64,000 nucleotides of DNA from Gemmatimonadota bacterium (GTDB lineage Bacteria; Gemmatimonadota; Gemmatimonadetes; Gemmatimonadales; Gemmatimonadaceae), in contig JAZJZK010000013.1 of the NCBI GenBank assembly GCA_040389905.1, positions 1-64,000 on the forward strand, in the 5' to 3' direction. The notes under the pieces are model-generated. The model had not been told where the DNA came from. It worked only from the letters and a program-made list of their open reading frames with translations, and searched no databases. Made by a program: the position numbers and the translations under genes. Positions 10,115 through 20,100 of the stretch are shown one piece after another (within the stretch, counting starts at the first letter, position 1; each line of letters begins with the position of its first letter).

Positions 10115-10204
10115 ATGCTCCCGCTTTTTTCGTGAGCTCCGGAGCAGGTGTGCAAGTGGACTGTTCGAGCGCGTCTCCACAGCAAATCCAACCTGGAGAT
10201 GAAC

Positions 10205-12211
10205 ATGAACATGACTGGCGCCCTCCTGCGCAGAGCAGGTACGTCGATGCTGGCTGCCGCCGTATTCCTTGCACCGGCGACCGGGGCCCGCGTGGAGAAA
10301 ACCGTGGTTGCCGGGCGCGTCTCGGACGCCACGGGACAGCCGCTCGCAGCGGCATCCGTTGCCATCATCGAACGCCGTGTGTCGGGTGTGTCCGGAACGG
10401 ATGGGCGTTTCGCACTCTCCGTTGCGCGCACCGGCACGCGCGAGCAGGTCACCGTGCGGGTGTCACGAGCAGGCTACGAAACGCGAACCCTCGCAGTACT
10501 CCTCAGTGCCGACACCGTGCGCGCCGATGTCAGATTGTCGCAGTCACCGGCGTCGCGCATCGAAGTGGTTGATGCGGCCGCGAGCTCCAGGGAAAGGGTC
10601 CGGAACGAGAAACTCGGCGCCGACGCCGCGACGGGGGTTGCGGCGTCGCCCGCACCGCTGTCGTCGCCGGCAGTCGGGATGACGCAGAAACGGGCCATCG
10701 CCATGGGCTCCGCAAAAGCGATGGAGCGCGATCGTCCGTATCCGGCGCTGCCACGCCGTGGGCACCCAGACTCCAGCAACACGGAAGCCTACGACCACAT
10801 CGACGAGAATGCCTTCCGCTCGCCGCGCGTCGCCCCGTTGTCGACGTTCTCGGTAGATGTGGACCGGGCCTCGTACAGCAACGTGCGGCGGTATCTCGTG
10901 AAGGGACAGCGTCCACCCAAGGACGCTGTTCGTATCGAGGAGCTCGTGAACTACTTCCCGTACGGCGACCCGGTCCCCGCACGCGACGGCGCACCACTTC
11001 GGATCAGCACCGAAGTATCGGCGGCACCATGGAACGAGAGCCACGACCTCGTGCGAATCGCATTGCGAGCACGTGATGTCGACATGCGTCAGGCGCCGGC
11101 CAGCAATCTCGTGTTTCTCGTGGACGTCTCCGGGTCCATGTCCGGACCGGGCCGACTGCCTCTGGTCAAGCAGTCGCTCGCGATGCTCGTGAACGAACTC
11201 CGCGAGGAAGATCGCGTCGCGATTGTCGTGTACGCCGGAAGCGCCGGCCTCGTGTTGCCTTCCACGTCTGGCGGAAACAAGCAGGCCATCATGAACGCAC
11301 TCGACGGTCTCGAAGCGGGTGGATCGACGGCGGGGGGCGCCGGAATCAAGCTGGCGTACGACGTCGCAGGGCAGCACTTCATCGCGGGCGGCAACAACCG
11401 CGTCGTCCTCTGCACGGACGGCGATTTCAACGTCGGTCAGTCGAGCGATGGGGAACTCGTGCGCCTCATCGAGCAGCGCCGGACCGAGGGGTCCTATCTC
11501 ACCATCCTCGGCTTCGGCATGGGTAACTACAAGGACGCGAAGATGGAGAAGCTGGCGGGTGCCGGAAACGGCAACTACGGCTACATCGACGACCTGCTCG
11601 AAGCGCGAAAGATGCTCGTCAAGGAGATGGGCGGCACGCTCCTTACCGTCGCGAAGGACGTGAAGCTTCAGGTGGAATTCAACCCCGATCGCGTGCAGGC
11701 GTATCGGCTGCTCGGGTACGAGGACCGGTTGCTGAAGGATGAGGACTTCTCGAACGACGCGAAGGACGCCGGCGACATCGGTGCAGGCCACACGGTCACC
11801 GCGCTCTACGAAATCGTGCCCGCTGGCGCACGTCTCGATGTCACGCTGCACGATGTCGCGGCGCTGCGCTATCAGCGACCGATGGACGGTGCGTCGCCGA
11901 GTGGCGAGTTGCTGCATGTGGCCATGCGCTACAAGGCCCCCGATGGCGAGAAGAGCCTTCTGGTGACGCACCCCGTTCGCGCCGAGCGGTCGCGTCCGTC
12001 AGAGGCCATGCGCTTCGCCAGTGCCGTGGCGGGATTCGGCATGCTGTTGCGCGAATCGGCGAACGCCGGCTCGCTGACGTGGCAACAGCAAATCGCCCTC
12101 GCCCGTGGTGCCAGGGGCAGCGATGAAGATGGCTATCGCGCCGACTTCATTAAGCTCAGTGAAATGGCGGCGAGTCTGGCATCGCGGGCGACGATGGGGC
12201 GCCGAGAGTAA
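10205..12211 (+). CDS. YfbK-like VWA domain protein with N-terminal carboxypeptidase-regulatory-like domain
   Basis: PLSTFSVDVDRASY, RIEELVNYF, MIDAS DVSGSM, TDGDFNVG, AKDVKLQVEFNP; GGAG RBS at 10195-10198. Confidence 0.88.
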   Translation: MNMTGALLRRAGTSMLAAAVFLAPATGARVEKTVVAGRVSDATGQPLAAASVAIIERRVSGVSGTDGRFALSVARTGTREQVTVRVSRAGYETRTLAVLLSADTVRADVRLSQSPASRIEVVDAAASSRERVRNEKLGADAATGVAASPAPLSSPAVGMTQKRAIAMGSAKAMERDRPYPALPRRGHPDSSNTEAYDHIDENAFRSPRVAPLSTFSVDVDRASYSNVRRYLVKGQRPPKDAVRIEELVNYFPYGDPVPARDGAPLRISTEVSAAPWNESHDLVRIALRARDVDMRQAPASNLVFLVDVSGSMSGPGRLPLVKQSLAMLVNELREEDRVAIVVYAGSAGLVLPSTSGGNKQAIMNALDGLEAGGSTAGGAGIKLAYDVAGQHFIAGGNNRVVLCTDGDFNVGQSSDGELVRLIEQRRTEGSYLTILGFGMGNYKDAKMEKLAGAGNGNYGYIDDLLEARKMLVKEMGGTLLTVAKDVKLQVEFNPDRVQAYRLLGYEDRLLKDEDFSNDAKDAGDIGAGHTVTALYEIVPAGARLDVTLHDVAALRYQRPMDGASPSGELLHVAMRYKAPDGEKSLLVTHPVRAERSRPSEAMRFASAVAGFGMLLRESANAGSLTWQQQIALARGARGSDEDGYRADFIKLSEMAASLASRATMGRRE

Positions 12212-12218
12212 CCGCCAT

Positions 12219-12941
12219 TCAATCGAAGATCGAGCTGATGATATCCATGATCGCCGAAAACACACCCTCGGCGGCACCACCGACCGCCTCCGCCGCTCCC
12301 ATTGCGGCGGAGGCGGCGCCGTCGACGGACACGTTGCCGAGCGCACTCGCGGCGGAGCCGACGCCATGTGCGATGGCGGCACCGGTGTAGAGTGTCAGGC
12401 CCGGTGCCCAGAACAACGACTCAAGTAGTACGTCGCCCCCGACGGCGAGCGCTTCCGCACCCCGACCGGGTCTTTTTCGCCCCAACGCAGCAATGGCCAG
12501 CGACCACACGCTTCTCAGCTCAATGTGGTCGAACCACACGCCCTTGCAGCTCGCGCACACATCGAGCGTCAACCCACCATGCTCACGTCGCTCCATCGTC
12601 TTGTCACATGCGGGGCACCGTAGTTCGTTCTTGGTGCCGCACGCCGGACACTGCTCCGCATCGCGATCGAGCGGCGCGTGGCAGCCATGACAGGGCGGCA
12701 TGGGCGCCGTTTGTCGAGGCGGAATGTGCCTCCACAAATCGGACGGAGAAAAACGAGCGAGTTGCTGCGCCTCACCCTTTTCGAACCACACCCCACCGCA
12801 CCGGGTGCAGTGATCGAGCGTCAGCGTGAGGCGTCCATCGTCCACCACCACCTTGTCCATCTGCACGCCGAGGCACACCGGGCAGGGAAGCCGTGCTTCG
12901 AGCACGGGCCGCAATGGGACGGTCGTCACTGGATCAGGCAT
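12219..12941 (-). CDS. zf-TFIIB-like multi zinc-ribbon protein with Gly/Ala-rich C-terminus
   Basis: Two CPxC...CxxCxGVWFD/E units plus a central CxxC...CPxC. Confidence 0.8.
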   Translation of the reverse strand: MPDPVTTVPLRPVLEARLPCPVCLGVQMDKVVVDDGRLTLTLDHCTRCGGVWFEKGEAQQLARFSPSDLWRHIPPRQTAPMPPCHGCHAPLDRDAEQCPACGTKNELRCPACDKTMERREHGGLTLDVCASCKGVWFDHIELRSVWSLAIAALGRKRPGRGAEALAVGGDVLLESLFWAPGLTLYTGAAIAHGVGSAASALGNVSVDGAASAAMGAAEAVGGAAEGVFSAIMDIISSIFD

Positions 12942-13380
12942 CGAGCAATCCCTGCGTGTCGTTTTTTCCCTTGAAGTAACGTGCTTCGTGGAAGGTATAG
13001 ACGAGGACTCCGTCGTCGGTCACCTCGAGATCCGCGACCTGTCGCGCAATGAGTCCTTCGAGAGACGCTTTCGCTTCGCCCGGTGGCAGCGCGAGCGCCG
13101 CGGCGACCTCGACCTCGGTCAGTCGCCCCCGATGCGCCATTGCGAGCTTGAGGATCTCTGCGTCGATCGTCTGTTGCCGCAGCGCCTGCATGCGCGATTT
13201 CGCAGTGCCGCCGAGTGATCCACGCAGCAGCGAAATACCGAAGTATCCCGGCAGCGCGACGGTCAGCAGCAGGGCGAACAGCGCGGTCGGCGAGAACAAT
13301 GACGCGCTCGACCGAGCGAATCCAAGCAGCATGAGGGCGGCAACGAGCAGCAGCACGCCCCCTCCAATCTTCCTTCCCAC
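12934..13380 (-). CDS. Hypothetical membrane protein (2 TM plus winged-helix-like C-terminus)
   Basis: Two hydrophobic segments then ILKLA..GRLTEVEVAAAL..GVLVYTF; overlaps the next gene. Confidence 0.75.
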   Translation of the reverse strand: MGRKIGGGVLLLVAALMLLGFARSSASLFSPTALFALLLTVALPGYFGISLLRGSLGGTAKSRMQALRQQTIDAEILKLAMAHRGRLTEVEVAAALALPPGEAKASLEGLIARQVADLEVTDDGVLVYTFHEARYFKGKNDTQGLLDA

Positions 13381-13500
13381 GATAGCCTCGGTAGCGAGAG
13401 ATACTGGCTGAAGAATATCGCGAAGTTCAACCTTGCGCTCTACGAACTCGAGCTCGAGCTGGGCCTAGCGACGCTCCCCGCAATTGTCGCATGATTGCGC

Positions 13501-14295
13501 ATGACCGACTATCAGCATCTCCTCGTCGACACCACGCCAGATGGCGTGCGCACCATCGTGCTCGACCGGCCGGAACGGATGAATGCGGTGAACGACGCAC
13601 TCGCGTTTTCCATTGGCGATGCACTCGCTGACGCGGCGGCGGACGACGCGGTGCGCGTCGTCGTCATCACCGGATCAGGCCGAGCGTTCTGCGCCGGCCT
13701 CGACATCGCGGAACCGCCGACGCTCCCCGTGGCGACTCGGGCCGACCGCCTCGACCCCTATGCATGGGTCGGTACGTGGGTGCAGCGCGTGGTTTCCTGT
13801 GAGAAACCCGTGATCGCGGCCATCAATGGGGCGGCCGCCGGCGCGGGGTTCGGTTTGGCGCTCGCGTGTGATATCCGACTCGTCGCGGCATCGGCGAAAA
13901 TGACCGCAGGGTACGTGCGACGAGGCCTGAGCCCGGACGCAGGCGTGAGCTACTTCCTGCCGCGTCACGTGGGACTCGCGCGCGCGTCCGACATCCTGCT
14001 GACCGGGCGCGATATCGACGCAACGGAAGCGATGTTGATTGGACTTGCGACGATGGCGATTCCGGATGATGAATTCGCCGCCACGGTCGCGAAGTACGCC
14101 GAGCGACTCTCGTTCGGGCCGCCGATCGCGCAGGCGCTGACGAAGCGGCTACTGGTACAGAGCTTCGACACGCCGCTCGATGCGCAGCTTCGAAACGAGC
14201 TCACGCAGATCAAAGCCTGTTTTGCGACGAAGGACGTTACCGAGGCGATGAAGGCATTTCGGGAGAAGCGAACGCCGCTTTTCGAGGGGCACTAG
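13501..14295 (+). CDS. Enoyl-CoA hydratase/isomerase family protein
   Basis: AFCAGLD, KPVIAAING.AAGAG, GLSPDAG. Confidence 0.9.
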   Translation: MTDYQHLLVDTTPDGVRTIVLDRPERMNAVNDALAFSIGDALADAAADDAVRVVVITGSGRAFCAGLDIAEPPTLPVATRADRLDPYAWVGTWVQRVVSCEKPVIAAINGAAAGAGFGLALACDIRLVAASAKMTAGYVRRGLSPDAGVSYFLPRHVGLARASDILLTGRDIDATEAMLIGLATMAIPDDEFAATVAKYAERLSFGPPIAQALTKRLLVQSFDTPLDAQLRNELTQIKACFATKDVTEAMKAFREKRTPLFEGH

Positions 14296-15075
14296 TCAGA
14301 GCGCGCGACCGACCGCCAACACATTCCATGTGCTTTCCGTCGGCAATGCGTCCGTTCCGAACGCCCTGAGTTCGACCAACTCGAGCCCCGCTTCCTCGAA
14401 CAGAAGCGCCAGTTCCTGCGGGAAGAAAAACCGCATCGCATGCGTCTCGCTCATCTCGGCGATGACCTGCTTGTCTCGCAGACGCCAGACGCGGTAGCTC
14501 ACGTCGGCGCGGTGGGCAAAGCTGTCGAGGGACGTCCGTACGGACCGAATCACCTGGCCATCCTCAGTATCGACGACCTTCGTCCGCTCACTCGGCCGTA
14601 CCGAGAGGACGGCCGGACCGTACCACACGTCGCACACGAACAGGGAGCCGGCGCGCATGTGGGCGCGTACGGTTTTCAGGGACGCGCGAACCGCAGCGTT
14701 CGTGACCTGGTATCCGAGCACGGCGAACATCATCAGCACCGCGTCGAATGGGGCGCCCCCAAGTCGCACGCTCGTGACGTCGCCCTGGACGAAGCTTGGA
14801 TGCGGCGCCAGTTCGTCCAGCGTCTGCTCTGCCTTTACACGCGCAATCGACAACATCTGCGGCGAGCGATCCACGCCGGTGACGTCGTAGCCGCGATTGG
14901 CGAGGCGGAGCGCGTGTTGCCCCGTACCACAGCCAAGATCGAGCACCGACTGGCCCGTCAGCCGATGCGCCGAGAACAATCGCTCGAGCAGGTCCACCTC
15001 GGCATCGTAATTCTTGTCCTGGTACAGCACGTCGTACTGCTGCGCGTAATCCGCGCCGAACGTCTTGTCCGTCAT
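14296..15075 (-). CDS. Class I SAM-dependent methyltransferase
   Basis: VLDLGCGTG, GVDRS; YDVLYQDKNYDAE N-terminus resembles sugar N-methyltransferases. Confidence 0.88.
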   Translation of the reverse strand: MTDKTFGADYAQQYDVLYQDKNYDAEVDLLERLFSAHRLTGQSVLDLGCGTGQHALRLANRGYDVTGVDRSPQMLSIARVKAEQTLDELAPHPSFVQGDVTSVRLGGAPFDAVLMMFAVLGYQVTNAAVRASLKTVRAHMRAGSLFVCDVWYGPAVLSVRPSERTKVVDTEDGQVIRSVRTSLDSFAHRADVSYRVWRLRDKQVIAEMSETHAMRFFFPQELALLFEEAGLELVELRAFGTDALPTESTWNVLAVGRAL

Positions 15076-16217
15076 GAGAGAACCTCCTTCACCGCGTCAC
15101 ATACACGCTCGAGCTGGATTTCCGTCAGTCCGAGCCCCGATGGTAGATACAACCCGCGCCGAGCGAGCCGCTCTGCGACGGGATAGCGTTCGTTTGCGAA
15201 CAAGCCGCGATCACGCAGGGCGGGTTGCTCGTGCATCCCGAGGAAGAATGGCCGCGTCTCCACTCCGCGTGTGGCGAGGCGCAGGGCGAGTTCGCGCGCG
15301 TCGATCTTGGCATCATCGCGCAGTACGATACCATACATCCAATAGACGCTGCGTGCCCACGGGCGCTCGACCGGCAGTTGGAGCACTGGGAGCGCGCGCA
15401 GCCGCTCGGTGTATGCCGCGCCGAGCCAGCGCTTCCTGGCGAGTAACTCGTTGATCCGCGCGATCTGCGTCACGGCAAGCGCGGCCTGCAGGTTCGTCAA
15501 CCGATATTGGTGGCCGAGTTCCGTATGATAGAAGCGACGCTCGTTCTGGAAGGCGAGATTTCGCTGCGAGCGGAGGCGCGCCGCGAGCGCATGATCGTTG
15601 GTGACGATCATGCCGCCCTCTCCCGTAGTGATCAGCTTGTTGGCGTAAAAGCTGAACACGCTGGACGTGCCGAACGATCCGCAGCGTCGCCACGCGGGTG
15701 TATTCCCACGTTGCGAGAGGTACTCCGCGCCATGGGCCTCCGCAGCATCCTCCACGATCGCAATGCCGTGTTGCTCGGCGAGGGCGAGGAGCGGGTCCAT
15801 GTCGCACGGATGGCCGTAGACGTGCACGGGCATGATCGCACGCGTGCGCGATGTGATGCGCGCCGAGATTTGCCCAACATCGAGGCACCACGTGTCCGGG
15901 TCGGCGTCGACGAGCACGGGCGTCGCCCCGGCGCGCACGACGGCGAGTGCGCAGGAGATGATCGTGAAGGAGGGAATGATCACTTCGTCGCCTGGACCGA
16001 GGCCGAGTGCTTCGACCGCCAACTCCAGCGCGGTCGTTCCGCTGCTGACCGCGACACCATGCGCGCGCTCGCAATACGCCGCCCACGCGCTTTCGAATTC
16101 AGTGAGATACCGCCCCGATGATGAGATCCACCCCGAGCGCAGCGCGTCGGTGACAGCGGCGATGTCCGATTCTGAGATCTGCGGGTCGCTGACCACGATT
16201 CGCGATACGTCGGGCAT
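15072..16217 (-). CDS. DegT/DnrJ/EryC1/StrS aminotransferase (perosamine synthetase-like)
   Basis: SSGTTAL, MPVHVYG, EDAAEAHG, FSFYANKLITTGEGG, LYLPSG. Confidence 0.9.
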   Translation of the reverse strand: MPDVSRIVVSDPQISESDIAAVTDALRSGWISSSGRYLTEFESAWAAYCERAHGVAVSSGTTALELAVEALGLGPGDEVIIPSFTIISCALAVVRAGATPVLVDADPDTWCLDVGQISARITSRTRAIMPVHVYGHPCDMDPLLALAEQHGIAIVEDAAEAHGAEYLSQRGNTPAWRRCGSFGTSSVFSFYANKLITTGEGGMIVTNDHALAARLRSQRNLAFQNERRFYHTELGHQYRLTNLQAALAVTQIARINELLARKRWLGAAYTERLRALPVLQLPVERPWARSVYWMYGIVLRDDAKIDARELALRLATRGVETRPFFLGMHEQPALRDRGLFANERYPVAERLARRGLYLPSGLGLTEIQLERVCDAVKEVLS

Positions 16218-16624
16218 CAGAAGAGGACCTTCTCCGCAAGGCCGGTATAGGGCCCCTGCTTGATCTCGAGCAGCACCGTGTCCTCCAGCATCCGGAAGCC
16301 GTGGCCGCCTCCGACCATCAGCATGACGTCTCCTGCCGCGAGCTCGCGAGTCGCCACGAGGTTGTGCGCATCGTCGTAGACGTCGAGTTCGCAACGGCCA
16401 CTGCGCACGACGATCACTTCGGACGTCCCGACCAACCTGCGCTCGAGCGGCACATGTGCGTGGCGACGGATGGTGCCACCAGCGGGATAGACGACGAAGC
16501 CCACCTGTTGTTGGAGTTCCGGAGGTGTGAAGAAGGTCGTTGCTGACGGCGCGCGCCCCGCGCGAATGATGTACGCCAAGGTGAGGCCGGAAGCCGTAAT
16601 CTGCTCGACGTGATCCATTCCCAT
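16217..16624 (-). CDS. Cupin-fold protein of sugar-nucleotide clusters
   Basis: HxH...EV...GGHGF...LEIKQGPY; TGATG coupling to the aminotransferase. Confidence 0.78.
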   Translation of the reverse strand: MGMDHVEQITASGLTLAYIIRAGRAPSATTFFTPPELQQQVGFVVYPAGGTIRRHAHVPLERRLVGTSEVIVVRSGRCELDVYDDAHNLVATRELAAGDVMLMVGGGHGFRMLEDTVLLEIKQGPYTGLAEKVLF

Positions 16625-16658
16625 CGGATGAATGAGGCGGCCAGTTGGCCGGTTTCGA

Positions 16659-17585
16659 TCAGGCTGCGACGCGCGCTTCTTCGGGTTCGGGGGACTCGTG
16701 GTCGCGCGCGAGGGTAATGATGGCGACTGCGCTCAGAATAATGGCGGCAGCGACGAGCGTTCGCGGCGTTACCGTCTCGTGCGCGAGGGCCCAGCCGAGT
16801 AGCACCGCGACGACCGGATTGACGTAGGCATACGTCGCCGCCTTGGCGGCCGTGGTGTGCGCCAGGAGATAGACGTACGACGTGAAGCCGATGATCGAGC
16901 CGAACGTGATGAGGTAGAGCAGTCCCAGGATCGAGCTTCTGGACGCATGCGCGAGGTCCATTTGTCCCGGCTCACCGGCGATGATGGCGACAACCCACAA
17001 GCACAATCCGCCGGCGATCATTTGCGTGGCCGCGCCGAGGAGGCTGGAGGTCGCGCGCGGCGCGTGCTTGGTGTAAAGCGATCCAGCCGCCCAGGAGAGC
17101 GATGCGAGGACGAGCGCAACGGCGCCGGAAAGGCTCACCGCGCCGCCCTCGCCGCGGAGTGCGTCCGGGCCGATGAGCATCGCCAGACCGGCAAGCCCCA
17201 ACGCCAGTCCGACGAACATCACACCCGCCGGCCGCCGGCCGCCGGGCCGGGCCCAGTCCAGGAGCACCATCCACAATGGGACGACGGCCGCGAGGAGCGC
17301 CGCTATGCCTGATGGGACGCGCTGCTCCGCCCACACGACGAGACCGTTACCTCCGAGCAGCAGAAGCGACCCGCTGATCAGGCCAGTGGTCCAGTCTCGT
17401 CGGCTTGGCTTGTTTCCGCGCTCGCTGAACCGCGCCCAGAGCAGGAGAATGACGCCAGCCGTGGCGAAGCGCGCGCCCGCCATGAGGAGGGGTGGCAACG
17501 TCTTGACCGCGAAGCTAATCGCGAGATATGTCGAGCCCCAGAGGATGTAGACAGCCGCAAAAGCGGCAATCAGGCGTGCGCGCAT
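16659..17585 (-). CDS. EamA/DMT family transporter (YedA-like)
   Basis: VYILWGSTYLA, YAYVNPVVAV; about 10 TM segments. Confidence 0.9.
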   Translation of the reverse strand: MRARLIAAFAAVYILWGSTYLAISFAVKTLPPLLMAGARFATAGVILLLWARFSERGNKPSRRDWTTGLISGSLLLLGGNGLVVWAEQRVPSGIAALLAAVVPLWMVLLDWARPGGRRPAGVMFVGLALGLAGLAMLIGPDALRGEGGAVSLSGAVALVLASLSWAAGSLYTKHAPRATSSLLGAATQMIAGGLCLWVVAIIAGEPGQMDLAHASRSSILGLLYLITFGSIIGFTSYVYLLAHTTAAKAATYAYVNPVVAVLLGWALAHETVTPRTLVAAAIILSAVAIITLARDHESPEPEEARVAA

Positions 17586-17688
17586 CGAGCAAACATACAG
17601 AGCAGCAAGCTCGCTCGCTTACAAGACGAGCCCGCTCGCCGGACCGCCCGCATCGGCGGCTGCGCGCGTCGCTGGCTCTGCCCTCCGC

Positions 17689-17734
17689 TTGACTTTTCGA
17701 TTCAATCAGCGTATAGTTGTCATATAAACTATAC
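17689..17734 (+). promoter_or_regulatory. Sigma70-type promoter overlapped by a palindromic operator
   Basis: TTGACT (17689-17694), 17 bp spacer, TATAGT (17712-17717); inverted repeat GTATAGTT-N8-AACTATAC at 17711-17734. Confidence 0.65.
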
Positions 17735-17744
17735 AGAAGGCACA

Positions 17745-18410
17745 ATGAATACGGCCACTCTCGCCACGTATCCGACCCCCGGAGTCCACTCCGGTGACTC
17801 GGCCGTGGCGCTCGACGTTTCGGGACGGACAATTTCGAAGGCAGACGCGAAGCGCGACGCGGAGTTTGCGTCGGACGCACTGCCATGGCTCGATGACGTC
17901 TACCGCTTTGCCCTCTCGCTCACGCGTGACGAGGCCGATGCGGACGATATCGTGCAGGAAACCTATCTCCGCGCGTATCGCTCCTGGCACACCTTCATCC
18001 CAGGGACCGACTGTCGTCGGTGGCTCTTTACCATCTGTCGCAACGTCTTTCTTCGTTCACGGGAGCGGCAGCGGCCGACGGTAGATCTCGAGGACGGGGA
18101 GCAGGACGCCATCGCGGCAGGCTCCGTCTACGCGGCAGCGCGCGAACGCGGATACGATGATCTCTACGCACAGCTCGACCTCGCGCCGGCACTGCGTGAC
18201 GCCCTTGACGAACTCGTCGAACCATTCCGGTCGGCGGTGATTCTCGTGGACGTGGAAGACCTGTCATACGAGACCGCCGCTGAGGTGATGGGGGTGCCGA
18301 TTGGTACCGTGCGCTCCCGCTTGTTCCGTGGACGGCGCCTGCTGCAGGAGAAGTTGCTCACCGTCGCGCAGGATCTTGGCTTTGCCGCCGTCACGGCAGG
18401 CGCGGCATGA
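17745..18410 (+). CDS. ECF sigma factor (SigH/SigR-like)
   Basis: DADDIVQETYLRAYR, WLFTICRN, GTVRSRLFRGR. Confidence 0.9.
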   Translation: MNTATLATYPTPGVHSGDSAVALDVSGRTISKADAKRDAEFASDALPWLDDVYRFALSLTRDEADADDIVQETYLRAYRSWHTFIPGTDCRRWLFTICRNVFLRSRERQRPTVDLEDGEQDAIAAGSVYAAARERGYDDLYAQLDLAPALRDALDELVEPFRSAVILVDVEDLSYETAAEVMGVPIGTVRSRLFRGRRLLQEKLLTVAQDLGFAAVTAGAA

Positions 18411-18712
18411 GCGCGCCTGCCAGGCCACAGCTCGAAGCGCTCGGCCTTTCTTCGACCTGCGTCGACGTGCTGCGTCATCTCTGGGACTATCTGGATGAGG
18501 AGATGACGCCTGCCGGTAGCGACCGACTCCGCGCGCACATTGCGACGTGCGCGCAGTGCCGAAGTTATGAGGGCTACCAGACCTGCTTCCTCGAAGGGAT
18601 CGCTCGGTTGAAGGCGAGCCTCAGCGCGCCGGACACACTCCGAGCACGCCTGGCTGAAAAGCTGCGCGGCGAAGGCTGCGGATGTTGGGCGCAGGCGAAG
18701 GGTCGGAAGTAG
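18407..18712 (+). CDS. zf-HC2 zinc-binding anti-sigma factor
   Basis: C..V...LWDYLD and HIATCAQC (HxxxCxxC); ATGA overlap with the sigma gene. Confidence 0.88.
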   Translation: MSAPARPQLEALGLSSTCVDVLRHLWDYLDEEMTPAGSDRLRAHIATCAQCRSYEGYQTCFLEGIARLKASLSAPDTLRARLAEKLRGEGCGCWAQAKGRK

Positions 18713-18734
18713 CGGCGCAGCGTCCTGCAGTTCA

Positions 18735-18762
18735 CGCTCGTTTTGTCGCCTGCGAAGGGCCT
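18735..18762 (+). repeat. REP-like repeat, family B
   Basis: cgctcgttttgtcgcctgc is identical to 40814-40832; ends in gaagggcc. Confidence 0.6.
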
Positions 18763-18766
18763 TCGC

Positions 18767-19237
18767 CTAGGCAGGTGTGAACATCGGCTGTCGCACGTTC
18801 GCCCCCTCTTCGCCGTTGAGCACCACGTTCGTCTCCACGACAATGTCCGGCGCCAACGAGGCAGCGACGGAGCAATAGCGCTCGAACGCGAGTTGGACGG
18901 CCCGCTCCGCATGGATCCGCTCGATCCCCGCACCGTCCACGCGATACCACAGCACGATGTGCTCGTACCGCCGCGGATTCTCAGCGCGCCGATTCGCCTC
19001 CACGTCAATGACGAGGTGCTCGACCGGAGTCCGGCGCTTGGCGAGAATATCGACAAGGTCGACGCCCGAACACGTCGCCAAAGCACTGAGCAACGCCTCT
19101 GGCGGCGTCTGGCCAGTTTCTCCGGAGCCGTCAATCCGCGCGTACGGTCCGTCAGGCTTGCCCGTGTTGAACTGGTGCTCGGCGACCCACGTCGCGCGCA
19201 CGAGCGAGGGTTTCGGTGTCGCAGGAGGATTGGTCAT
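18767..19237 (-). CDS. OsmC family protein
   Basis: [14 protein letters not shown] and RYCSVAASL (two conserved Cys). Confidence 0.88.
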   Translation of the reverse strand: MTNPPATPKPSLVRATWVAEHQFNTGKPDGPYARIDGSGETGQTPPEALLSALATCSGVDLVDILAKRRTPVEHLVIDVEANRRAENPRRYEHIVLWYRVDGAGIERIHAERAVQLAFERYCSVAASLAPDIVVETNVVLNGEEGANVRQPMFTPA

Positions 19238-20100
19238 TTCTCGATCGGTGCACGGACCGCGTTGCCCCACTCCGTCCAGCTGCCATCGTAATTCCGCACG
19301 GTGTCGTAGCCGAGGAGGTACGTCAGCACGAACCACGTGTGTGACGATCGCTCGCCGATGCGGCAATACGCGACGACGTCATCGCCTTTCGACAAGCCGG
19401 CTTCGCCCTCGTAGATGGCGCGCAGTTCGTCGGCGCTCTTGAAGGTCCCGTCAGCGTTCGCCGCGCGTGCCCAGGGCACGCTCTTCGCCCCGGGGATGTG
19501 CCCGCCGCGGAGCGCGCCCTCCTGCGGATACTCGGGCATGTGCAGCTTCTTCCCAGTGTATTCGTCCGGTGAGCGCACGTCGATGAGACGACCCTTTGCG
19601 CTGACGTGCTTGCGGACGTCGTCCATGAAGGCGCGAATGCGTGCGTCTTCCCGCTCCGGCGCCATGTAATGTGATGGTGCCACCGTGCGGACGTCCGTCG
19701 TCATCTCGCGATCCTCGGCCTCCCATTTCGCGCGGCCGCCGTCGAGGATTCGTGCGTCCTTGAAGCCGAACAGCTGGAAGACCCATAACGCGTAGGTGGC
19801 CCACCAATTGTTCTTGTCTCCGTAGAAAACGACCGTACTCGATTCGTCGATGCCGAGCCGGCGGACGAGGGCCTGGAACTCGTCGCGCGAGACGTAATCG
19901 CGCTCGAGCTGATCGTTCAGGTCAGTATGCCAGTCGATCTTGAGGGCACCGGGAATGTGGCCCATGTCGTAGAGGAGGACGTCTTCGTCGCTTTCGAGAA
20001 TGCGAACGGCGTCGTCGTCGAGGTGCTCTGCCAGCCATTGTGTGCTGACGAGCGCTTCGGGATGCGCATACTGCTTTGCCTGGATTTCCTGGTCTGTCAT
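19234..20100 (-). CDS. Thiosulfate sulfurtransferase (tandem rhodanese, CysA/SseA-like)
   Basis: LVSTQWL, GHIPGA twice, [17 protein letters not shown]. Confidence 0.92.
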   Translation of the reverse strand: MTDQEIQAKQYAHPEALVSTQWLAEHLDDDAVRILESDEDVLLYDMGHIPGALKIDWHTDLNDQLERDYVSRDEFQALVRRLGIDESSTVVFYGDKNNWWATYALWVFQLFGFKDARILDGGRAKWEAEDREMTTDVRTVAPSHYMAPEREDARIRAFMDDVRKHVSAKGRLIDVRSPDEYTGKKLHMPEYPQEGALRGGHIPGAKSVPWARAANADGTFKSADELRAIYEGEAGLSKGDDVVAYCRIGERSSHTWFVLTYLLGYDTVRNYDGSWTEWGNAVRAPIEK

